Positions 6,263 through 13,719 of a stretch of DNA of 24,000 nt are shown here, one piece after another. The notes beneath the pieces are model-generated. The model saw only the letters and a program-made list of their open reading frames with translations, made no database searches and had not been told where the DNA came from. Numbering within the stretch: the first letter of the stretch is position 1; every line of letters starts with the position of its first letter. This stretch comes from Planctomycetota bacterium (GTDB lineage Bacteria > Planctomycetota > Phycisphaerae > UBA1845). A program made the position numbers and the translations under genes. The DNA is taken from contig JADFPW010000010.1 of assembly GCA_022562105.1 (NCBI GenBank), forward strand, positions 710 to 24,709. The letters are read 5' to 3'.

Positions 6263-7606
6263 TCAGCTTGACGACGTTTCGTCCGCGTCGCTTGCGGATG
6301 GGTCGGCCAACGATCGCGTGATGGTATCGACGGGATCGAGTTCGGTGAATTGATCTTGCTTGGTCGAGACGCCGAGCTCCCGGATTCGCCGCCCAGCCGG
6401 CAGGACCCGACTCTCCCACGATCCCACGGCGGCATTGTAGTCCCGAACCGCCCGGCTCAAGCTGCTCCCGACCCCGGCCATGTGCTCGGCAAACACGCAT
6501 ACGCGCTCGAACAACTCCTTGGCTTGCTCACCGATGTTGCGGGCGTTTTCCACCAGATCCTGCTGCTTCCAGGAGTAGGCCACCGCCTGCAACATGGCGA
6601 TGATCGTGGTCGGTGACGCCAGGATCACCCGGTTGCGAATGCCTTCCTCGATCAACCCGTGATCCTGTTCCAGCGCCGCACTGAAGAACGACTCGCCCGG
6701 TATGAACATCACCACGAACTCCGGCGTGTTGTCGAACTGACTCCAGTACGCCTTGGCTGACAAGCTACGCATGTGATTGCGAACCGTCTGGGCGTGGCGA
6801 GCCAGGTGCCCTTGTCGATCGTCCTCGTTGTCCGCCTCGACCGCATCGAGGTAGGCCGTCGTCGGAGCTTTCGAGTCTACGACGATGGTGCGATCGCCCG
6901 GAAGCGTGACCACCATGTCCGGCCGCTGCTTGCCGTCTTCGGTATCCACCGAAACCTGCTCGACGAAATCGCAATGCGGCGACAGGCCGGCCACCTCGAC
7001 CGCACGACGGAGCGTGATCTCGCCCCATCGGCCCTTGACCTGCGGTGCCCGCAGAGCGTGGGTCAAGCTCGATGTCTGACGCGACAGTTCCTGATGGGAG
7101 GCGCCGATTATCTTGAGCTGTTCGGTCAGCCGCCCGTAGTCAGCCTGACGAGTCTTCTCCAACTCGCGGGTGTGTTTCTCGTATCGTTCCAGTGCATCGC
7201 TCAGCGGTTTGACCTTCTCGGCCGCCTGTTTGACGAACGCTTCGCTGTTGCTGCGTAGCGCGTCGGCCGATAGGGCCGTGAACGCCTCCTTGAGCTTCAG
7301 TTGAGCGGTGTCCAGCAGTTTCTTCTGCTCCTCGACGTTCTTGCGAACCTCCTCAACCCGCGTATCTGCCGCTACGCGAGCCTGCTGCTCCGCCTGCAAC
7401 TGCAACCGCAACGCTTCCACCGCCGCCTCGCGCTGCCCGAGTTGAGCGCGCACCTCGGTCAAGCTGCTGTCGATAGCCGCCGCCCGTTGCTGCAGTTCGC
7501 CCTGCTCAGCCGTCGCCCGCCCCCGGGCACGGGCCGTCGCCAGCATCCACGCCACCGCCCCACCCACCAGGACGCCCACCAGCATCAAGCCTGCTTCCAT
7601 CATCAC
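6263..7606 (-). CDS. rmuC: DNA recombination protein RmuC
   Basis: An N-terminal TM helix ('GLMLVGVLVGGAVAWMLA') is followed by a long Q/E/A/R-rich coiled coil. The C-terminal nuclease-like core reads 'KGRWGEITLRRAVEVAGLSPHCDFVEQVSV...RPDMVVTLPGDRTIVVDSKAP...FVVMFIPGESFFSAALE', which is the typical RmuC architecture and motif pattern. Confidence 0.85.
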   Translation of the reverse strand: MMMEAGLMLVGVLVGGAVAWMLATARARGRATAEQGELQQRAAAIDSSLTEVRAQLGQREAAVEALRLQLQAEQQARVAADTRVEEVRKNVEEQKKLLDTAQLKLKEAFTALSADALRSNSEAFVKQAAEKVKPLSDALERYEKHTRELEKTRQADYGRLTEQLKIIGASHQELSRQTSSLTHALRAPQVKGRWGEITLRRAVEVAGLSPHCDFVEQVSVDTEDGKQRPDMVVTLPGDRTIVVDSKAPTTAYLDAVEADNEDDRQGHLARHAQTVRNHMRSLSAKAYWSQFDNTPEFVVMFIPGESFFSAALEQDHGLIEEGIRNRVILASPTTIIAMLQAVAYSWKQQDLVENARNIGEQAKELFERVCVFAEHMAGVGSSLSRAVRDYNAAVGSWESRVLPAGRRIRELGVSTKQDQFTELDPVDTITRSLADPSASDADETSSS

Positions 7607-7843
7607 CGCAACCGATCAACTACTACTTATGCACGGAACAGTTGCAGGAGTTATACTCCGTGTCCTAAGGTTAGGCGAATGAGCCCGCGAGCCGAGCGCT
7701 TCACCGCGTGGGCTCTTCCGAATGAGGCCTGGGGCTCGCGGCAGGTTGTGCCTCACGAGGTGGCTGCTTACGCATGGCCAAAGCGAGATGGCACGCCTCC
7801 ACAACAGGCCGTCCGTGCGAAGTCGCTTGCCGGAAGTCTCTCT

Positions 7844-8980
7844 ATGAACTTGAAACTCCTGAGAGAGGTTGGCCTGATCTTCCTGCTCGTAGTGAGTTGT
7901 GCGACACCGAGTCCGGCCCACGACATGGACTTCATAGAGGTTCTGGTCGTGCTCAAGGCCGACGAGAGTTACCAGGTCGATTTGAGAATCGACGTGGACG
8001 CGCTGGCAGTAGGGCCCGCGGCCGAGCACGATGCAGCGGAGATCGCCCGCGCTTTGCGGGCCATGTCGCCGGAAGACCTCGACGCAGCCATCGAACGGGC
8101 TCGCCGGACGGTGGGGCGGCGGGCATGGGTGCGCTTTGACGGCGTCAAGCAGTCGCCGGACATTTCGTTTCCATTTCATGGTGTTGCGGTGTCTCCCGGG
8201 GTGGAGACCGTGCCGACTGTACTGGGGAGTACGGCCCGGCTGTCCGGGTCTATCCCGGACGGGTCGATCGAGTTGACTATCGGAACGTCGGCGGTGTTTC
8301 CGACGGTGCATCTGACTATCACCGAAGAGGCTACCGGCGGCGGTGCGAAACACATAGTTAGCAGGGGCGGGTACTGCCCGCCCTACCGATTGAATTCACC
8401 GCCCCAGACCCCTGATTGGCTACAGGTCACAGCCCGTTACCTGATCCTCGGATTTCAACACATCGTCCCGCGAGGGCTGGATCATATTCTGTTCGTAGTG
8501 GGACTGTTTCTGCTCAGCACCAAGGTGCGGCCTCTTCTCTGGCAGATCACGGCATTTACCATCGCCCACTCCGTCACCCTGGCCCTTTCGATGTACGACG
8601 TGGTCTCCTTGCCCTCACGGCTGGTGGAATCTCTGATCGCCCTGTCGATCGTCTTCGTCGGCGTGGAGAACCTGATGACCACCCAGCTCAAGCCGAGGCG
8701 GGTCGTGTTGGTTTTCGGGTTCGGATTGCTGCACGGGTTGGGGTTCGCCAGCGTGCTACGCGAGTTGGGACTCCCCTCCTCAGAGTTCGTGACCGCCTTG
8801 ATCACCTTCAATATCGGAGTTGAGCTCGGCCAACTTACCGTCGTGTTGCTATGTTTATTGACCGTCGGCTGGTTTCGTCAGAACGCGCGGTATCGCAAAG
8901 TCGTCGTGATCCCAGCCTCGGCTATGATCTGTGTCGTAGCACTGTATTGGTTGGTGCAGCGGGCCCTGCTGGGCGGGTAG
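7844..8980 (+). CDS. HupE/UreJ family (type 2) membrane protein with a ~190-aa N-terminal periplasmic extension
   Basis: I chose the ATG at 7844 ('MNLKLLREVGLIFLLVVSCATPSPAHD', signal-peptide-like). The upstream part of ORF 7301..8980 overlaps rmuC antisense and is junk-like. The C-terminal half carries 'LGFQHIVPRGLDHILFVVGLFLL', 'ITAFTIAHSVTLAL', 'FGLLHGLGFA' and 'FNIGVELGQL', which are typical of HupE/UreJ_2. Confidence 0.8.
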   Translation: MNLKLLREVGLIFLLVVSCATPSPAHDMDFIEVLVVLKADESYQVDLRIDVDALAVGPAAEHDAAEIARALRAMSPEDLDAAIERARRTVGRRAWVRFDGVKQSPDISFPFHGVAVSPGVETVPTVLGSTARLSGSIPDGSIELTIGTSAVFPTVHLTITEEATGGGAKHIVSRGGYCPPYRLNSPPQTPDWLQVTARYLILGFQHIVPRGLDHILFVVGLFLLSTKVRPLLWQITAFTIAHSVTLALSMYDVVSLPSRLVESLIALSIVFVGVENLMTTQLKPRRVVLVFGFGLLHGLGFASVLRELGLPSSEFVTALITFNIGVELGQLTVVLLCLLTVGWFRQNARYRKVVVIPASAMICVVALYWLVQRALLGG

Positions 8981-9005
8981 TGTCTCAGAAGAATCCCGAT
9001 AGACT

Positions 9006-9080
9006 GAGCCGCGACCGTGAGGGAGTGGTGGCGCTACATGACAGTGCGGCCGCAGAAAACCGCTCCCTCACGGTCGCGCC
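9006..9080. repeat. long inverted repeat between convergent genes (REP-like element or bidirectional terminator candidate)
   Basis: The left arm gagccgcgaccgtgagggag (9006-9025) pairs with the right arm ctccctcacggtcgcgcctc (9061/9063-9080). The core is 15 bp perfect (9011-9025 with 9063-9077), and 20 bp with one mismatch. The loop is 37 nt. Confidence 0.8.
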
Positions 9081-9119
9081 TCGGATAGAGACAGGTCGCG
9101 GTTTCAATGAGACACAACG

Positions 9120-10661
9120 CTAGGACTTAGTACCCTTGTCGGAATCGCCTTGGGAAGGCGATTCCGCATCCGCCGCCGGAGATGCTCCGGTTGCAGGCGC
9201 TTCGGTCAGTCCGGCCGCGTCATCCGGGTTTAGAATATTCAATGATTTGGAGGACGCCGACTCTGTGCCCGCTGTGGCGGCTGGAACGGTTGATTCTCCG
9301 CCGAAGGGTGTTTCTTCGTATCCCTCGATGTAAACCTCATCCAGGTCAGTCGAGTCTACGTCCCGTCGGAGCAGGGCGTAGACGACGGTGTTGGCGGCCA
9401 GGAAAAACGACAGCGGGAACGCCCACACCAGTCCAATGATCAGCAGAACCCACAGCTTGACTGCCCCTGCGCTGAACGCCTCGAAGAACCCGTCGGTCGC
9501 CATGCCCGATGGGTAGAACAACGCCAACGTCGGGGCCGACCAGAGTCCCTCCGCCCCGGCAAAACCGTTGGCCAAAATCGTCCCCTGGGACCCGAACAGC
9601 GTCACGCCGGTGTGGGCAACCCACAGCAGGACAAAGGCGAGAATCCGCACCGCCATCCAGCAGACCGCTCCATACCCGATCATGACCGTGGCGTAGACCA
9701 ATGCCTTCCACGGACGGCCAAAGACATAGGGGAACGAACGCGACACTGCATCGAATGCGTCGGTGCCTTCAGCCGCGATTACCGGCCAGAACAGCCCGCC
9801 CGACAGCAGGGTTCCCAGTCCGATGAGCGCTGCGAGGAATCCGAGAAGGAGGAATCCCGCAAAGAACAACCCGCCCAAGACATCCCCGAGCACGGGGATC
9901 CTCAGCATCAGGAACCCCAGGGCGCCCATCACGAGCACCAGTCCCAGGAGAATGCCGGCAGGAAGCAGCGGGGCCGCCAGAAACCCTCCCCAATACTTGC
10001 TTCTGACGAACTCGAACGTCTGCCGGATCGTCGGCTGTTCGTCGCGGGCCAGATCGAGCGTCATCTGCCGACAAAGCCCCCCGCCGATCAGGGACATCAG
10101 CGCGATGGTCCCCAACCAGAAGATCGTCGCAAAGCAGGGCCGCTCGGTGAACATCCACGCCACCCCGCTACCCATGTACCCGATCAGGCGAAGTACCCCG
10201 GCCGACGCCAGGGACCGCTCAAAGAGGGAAGCAGGCATGTCGAGAAGAGAATCGGCGCCGAACGCGAGCGATGGCGGAGGCGGTCCGAAGCCACCGAACA
10301 CGCGTCCGTGACAGACGGCCGAGGCAGCCCGATCCATGCAATCCATCTGGTGCTGTCGCCAGACGGCGAACACGCCGCTGGTTCCCCAGGTGGGGTCGCC
10401 GTCCGACTCATCTCCCGCCCCGCCGGCCAGGTGGGCGGCGAGGGAATCCGGGCCCACGCCTCGGTCCAAACCAACCCAAATCTTGTCCAGGAGTCCGCCC
10501 CAGAGCAGGATCAGGCCCAAACCCGCCAGCGCCACCAGGAGTCGGGGCCAGCGCGTGGACAGGCGGAACGTCTTTCCGATGACACGGGCATCGTCTGCCC
10601 ATGAACAGGTCGTCTGAGTGGATGAATCGGGGTTGGGCATGTATGCTCTCCGTTGTTGCAC
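9120..10661 (-). CDS. hypothetical polytopic membrane protein (~8-9 TM) with an acidic, Pro/Ala/Ser-rich C-terminal tail
   Basis: The minus-strand translation has many clear hydrophobic helices, for example 'FLAAPLLPAGILLGLVLVMGALGFLML' and 'GGLFFAGFLLLGFLAALIGLGTLL'. The antisense + ORF 9612..10604 is Arg/Pro/Gln junk. The start is either GTG at 10661 or ATG at 10640. The family is not recognised; it is loosely reminiscent of DUF4013/DUF975-type membrane domains. Confidence 0.7.
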   Translation of the reverse strand: MQQRRAYMPNPDSSTQTTCSWADDARVIGKTFRLSTRWPRLLVALAGLGLILLWGGLLDKIWVGLDRGVGPDSLAAHLAGGAGDESDGDPTWGTSGVFAVWRQHQMDCMDRAASAVCHGRVFGGFGPPPPSLAFGADSLLDMPASLFERSLASAGVLRLIGYMGSGVAWMFTERPCFATIFWLGTIALMSLIGGGLCRQMTLDLARDEQPTIRQTFEFVRSKYWGGFLAAPLLPAGILLGLVLVMGALGFLMLRIPVLGDVLGGLFFAGFLLLGFLAALIGLGTLLSGGLFWPVIAAEGTDAFDAVSRSFPYVFGRPWKALVYATVMIGYGAVCWMAVRILAFVLLWVAHTGVTLFGSQGTILANGFAGAEGLWSAPTLALFYPSGMATDGFFEAFSAGAVKLWVLLIIGLVWAFPLSFFLAANTVVYALLRRDVDSTDLDEVYIEGYEETPFGGESTVPAATAGTESASSKSLNILNPDDAAGLTEAPATGASPAADAESPSQGDSDKGTKS

Positions 10662-10754
10662 GACCGCCGTCCGGATTGTCGCCGCTGGTACGATAGGGTA
10701 TGCCGGGAATTATAGACGGCCCCACCCCGCAAGCAACAGGCAGCGTCGAAGCGG

Positions 10755-10783
10755 TTGACGGCCACCGGACGATCGAGAATAAT
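10755..10783 (+). promoter_or_regulatory. sigma70-like promoter candidate for the histone-like protein gene
   Basis: TTGACG (10755-10760), a 17-nt spacer, then AATAAT (10778-10783). This lies about 27 nt upstream of the ATG at 10810, and each hexamer matches consensus at 5 of 6 positions in an otherwise GC-rich region. Confidence 0.4.
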
Positions 10784-10809
10784 ACCCGCCCAAACCAGTG
10801 TGTGCCAAA

Positions 10810-11514
10810 ATGACAAAACGCAGCAAGCCCGGTGACTCCCCGGCGACCGGTACCGGCAAGAGCAAGACCAAGACCGCCGAAAAGAAGTCCGTGCCACCAT
10901 CAACCGCCCCGGCAGCGCCATTCGCCGACAAGAAGACCGGCAACCTGCCCTCCGGCCCCGCACCGGCAGCTGCACCGGCTGGCACTCCCGCAGCCGCTCC
11001 GGCGCCTGGATCACCGAGACCGACTCATTCTCGCGCCCCAGGGCAAAAGGAAGTCATCCCCTTCGGCTGGAAAGTGGTCGGCCAATCCGGCGGTGTAGCC
11101 TTGATCCTGTTCAAGAGCATCGAGCGGGAGGACGCCGAAGCCCACTACCAGCGACTGTCCATCGAGGGCTACTACAAGAAACTGGCCATCATGGAAAACA
11201 CCGCTGTCGTGCGGCAACCCAAGGGAGCTCCCAAGCTTGTTTTCACCAGCTCCAAGTCCACGGTGCTCAAGAACAAGAAGAAGATCGCCTCGTCGAAAGC
11301 CAAGACCGTGGCACCAAAGACGAAGGTAGCCGCGCCCAAGCCGAAGGCCCCATCGCGGCGTGCCGCCTCGCCGACAGCCAAGCCTAAGGCTACAGCGGTG
11401 GGCAAGAGTTCGAAGAAGAAGTCCCCCGCGAAGAAACCGACCCCAAAGAAAGCTGTCGCCAAGGCCAAGGCCCGCCCAAAGTCAACCAAGAAGACCCCCG
11501 CAAAGCGACGCTAG
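10810..11514 (+). CDS. histone H1-like K/A/P-rich DNA-binding protein candidate with an unrecognised central globular domain
   Basis: ATG is at 10810 ('MTKRSKPGDSP...'). The C-terminal ~100 aa is 'KKKIASSKAKTVAPKTKVAAPKPKAPSRRAASPTAKPKATAVGKSSKKKSPAKKPTPKKAVAKAKARPKSTKKTPAKRR'. The N-terminus is also K/P/A-rich. The core reads 'VIPFGWKVVGQSGGVALILFKSIEREDAEAHYQRLSIEGYYKKLAIMEN'. Confidence 0.7.
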   Translation: MTKRSKPGDSPATGTGKSKTKTAEKKSVPPSTAPAAPFADKKTGNLPSGPAPAAAPAGTPAAAPAPGSPRPTHSRAPGQKEVIPFGWKVVGQSGGVALILFKSIEREDAEAHYQRLSIEGYYKKLAIMENTAVVRQPKGAPKLVFTSSKSTVLKNKKKIASSKAKTVAPKTKVAAPKPKAPSRRAASPTAKPKATAVGKSSKKKSPAKKPTPKKAVAKAKARPKSTKKTPAKRR

Positions 11515-11672
11515 GAAGTCGATATACGGAGTCGATTCAGGCGATGAGTCGAACCCCGAGGCTGCCAAGACAGACGGCTGACGTATCAGGAGAGCACGGT
11601 CCGACGGGTTCCGACCGGCATCGCACAACCAGGCACGTCGTCTTCATCGCTGCGGGGAAGTGACCAGCTCCC

Positions 11673-12191
11673 ATGAGCGTGACCGAAATCCGTTTAATCG
11701 TCCTGGATGTTGATGGTGTCCTGACCTCGGGGCACTTGCATTACGCAGGGATCACCTACGAAAGCAAGACTTTTCACGTTCACGACGGATGTGCTATCAA
11801 GCTGTGGCAAGCACAGGGCGGCACCGTCGCCATTCTATCCGGGCGCACGAGTATCAGCGTGCAGGCTCGAGCGCGCGAACTGGGAATCAAGTCGGTTCGA
11901 CAGGGGTCCAGTGACAAGTTGGGCGACTATCAGAAGCTCTTGAAGAAGCTCCAGATAGAGGATCGACAGGTCTGCTGTGCCGGGGATGATCTCCCCGATC
12001 TGCCGATTCTGCTACGATGCGGCTTTGCGGTCGCTCCGGCCGATGCCGTTCCAGCCGTCAAACGGGTGGCCGACTACGTGACCCAACGCCCGGCCGGTGG
12101 TGGCGCCGTAGCCAAGTTGATCGAATTGGTACTACGCAAACAGAACCGGTGGCCCCGACCGCTCGATGCGAAAAACGCGATGAACGCCTAG
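11673..12191 (+). CDS. kdsC: 3-deoxy-D-manno-octulosonate 8-phosphate phosphatase (HAD superfamily, YrbI/KdsC family)
   Basis: The sequence aligns by eye with E. coli KdsC along its length: 'LIVLDVDGVLTSG', 'FHVHDGCAIK', 'ILSGR', 'QGSSDK', 'GDDLPDLP', 'VAPADA', 'ADYVTQRPAGGGAV'. Confidence 0.85.
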   Translation: MSVTEIRLIVLDVDGVLTSGHLHYAGITYESKTFHVHDGCAIKLWQAQGGTVAILSGRTSISVQARARELGIKSVRQGSSDKLGDYQKLLKKLQIEDRQVCCAGDDLPDLPILLRCGFAVAPADAVPAVKRVADYVTQRPAGGGAVAKLIELVLRKQNRWPRPLDAKNAMNA

Positions 12192-12224
12192 GGCCGACCG
12201 AAACGAATCCCGAGGAATCCGCAA

Positions 12225-13718
12225 ATGGCCGCAGCCCCGTTCTTGAACTCGTTGGCCGACGAAATCGTCGCAGGCGACTTGTTGCCCCGAACCGGGGGCG
12301 TCGTCGTGGGCGTCTCGGGCGGCTTGGATTCCATGGCCCTGCTGCATGTCGCCGTGGGTCTAAACCGCGAGGCGGGGTTCGAGCTCGAGCTTCACGTGGC
12401 CCACCTGGATCATCAACTTCGCGGTCTGGAGGCGGAGAAAGACGCCGCCTTCGTGCAGGCGGCCGCCGACGACTTGAACCTGCCTTGCACCGTCGAGCGC
12501 CGGGACATCGCCAAACTGGCTGAATCCACCAGCGGATCGATCGAGGAAGTCGCCCGCGGGGAACGCTATACGTTCCTGGAGCGCGTCGCCCTTGGCTGCG
12601 GAGCCGGGACCGTCATCGTTGGCCACCAGGCGGACGACAACGCGGAGACCATCCTGCATCGCATCGTTCGCGGTACGGGGTTTCGTGGCCTCTGCGGCAT
12701 CCCGCGCAATCGGCCGATCCATGTCGGCAGCGAGATCCAACTGGTCCGTCCGCTTCTGCGGCGTACACGACGTGAACTGAGCGAGTTCCTATCCGAGTGC
12801 GGCATCCCCTATCGCGAGGATCGGACCAACCAGGACAACGAACCGATGCGTAACCGCATCCGCAACCTGGTACTCCCGCTGCTCGAATCCGAGATCAACC
12901 CGCAAGCCCGCGAGGCACTCCTGCGGCTGGGCGAACAGGCTTGCTGGTTAGAGGAGTTTCTCACCGAGATGGTCCAGAAGACCCTGGAGACGCTCATCAT
13001 CAGCCACACCGATCAGGAGCTGGTCCTCAACGCCGTCGCCCTGGCCAAACGCAGCCGAATCGTGCAAACCGAGCTGATCCGTCGGGCAGCGGCTTCGTTT
13101 CAGGCGGGTGAACAGGATATGGGTTTCGCCCAACTGGTCGCCGTCGCCGACATGCTCAACGACCCCGCCAGCGGAAAGCAGGTCCATCTGCCCGGCGGCA
13201 TCATCGTGACCAAGTCGTACGAGTCGCTGAGCTTCGCCCTGCCCACCGAGGAATCGCGCGAGTCCATCGCTCCGGAGATCGCCGTTCGCATGCCCGGCAC
13301 CACGCTTCTTCCCGTTCGGCGCATCGCCATCGAATGTCAGATCACAACCTCCAATCCCGGCGAATTGGCCAGCCACCGGAGTCAGCAGGTTCAACGCGGA
13401 GCTACTCGCGTCGTCGGCCGAGGACGATTCCCTATCCAGGAGGAATGGGTGGATCTGGATTCCGTGCATCCGCCGCTGGTGGTTCGCACCCGCCAGCCGG
13501 GAGACCGGTTCTGGCCGCTGGGTGCTCCAGGATCGAAAAAACTCTCCGAGTTCCTCAGCGACCACAAGGTGGATCCGAAAGAACGCAAACGCATCGCCGT
13601 ACTCTGCGATCAACTCGGCCCCATCTGGATCATCGGCTATCGCATCGACGATCGCGTCAAGATCACGTCGCAAACTCGACAGGTGTTGAAACTCCGAGCG
13701 GAACCCGTGGGCGATTGA
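12225..13718 (+). CDS. tilS: tRNA(Ile)-lysidine synthetase
   Basis: It has the PP-loop 'VGVSGGLDSMALLH', then 'AHLDHQLRG.EAEKDAAFV' and 'GHQADDNAETILHRIVRGTG'. The C-terminal TilS domain reads 'RTRQPGDRFWPLGAPGSKKLSEFLSDHKVDPKERKRIAVLCD...IWIIGYRIDDRVKIT'. Confidence 0.9.
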   Translation: MAAAPFLNSLADEIVAGDLLPRTGGVVVGVSGGLDSMALLHVAVGLNREAGFELELHVAHLDHQLRGLEAEKDAAFVQAAADDLNLPCTVERRDIAKLAESTSGSIEEVARGERYTFLERVALGCGAGTVIVGHQADDNAETILHRIVRGTGFRGLCGIPRNRPIHVGSEIQLVRPLLRRTRRELSEFLSECGIPYREDRTNQDNEPMRNRIRNLVLPLLESEINPQAREALLRLGEQACWLEEFLTEMVQKTLETLIISHTDQELVLNAVALAKRSRIVQTELIRRAAASFQAGEQDMGFAQLVAVADMLNDPASGKQVHLPGGIIVTKSYESLSFALPTEESRESIAPEIAVRMPGTTLLPVRRIAIECQITTSNPGELASHRSQQVQRGATRVVGRGRFPIQEEWVDLDSVHPPLVVRTRQPGDRFWPLGAPGSKKLSEFLSDHKVDPKERKRIAVLCDQLGPIWIIGYRIDDRVKITSQTRQVLKLRAEPVGD

Positions 13719-13719
13719 G

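Noticed and set aside
5715-6353. Several overlapping 66-133-aa ORFs (5715..5933, 5728..6042, 5882..6082, 5952..6353, 6046..6321), and the idea that the regular hairpins could be a CRISPR array.
   Set aside because: The ORFs are translations of the hairpin repeats on both strands. The repeats are inverted copies of a composite palindromic element, not direct repeats with unique spacers of regular length, and no cas genes are present.
11521-11560. Three spaced GTCGA(T/A) words (agtcgatatacggagtcgattcaggcgatgagtcgaacc) downstream of the histone-like gene, considered as an operator or iteron.
   Set aside because: The words are only 5-6 nt long, irregularly spaced (14 and 17 nt), and have no dyad symmetry. 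This is within chance expectation.
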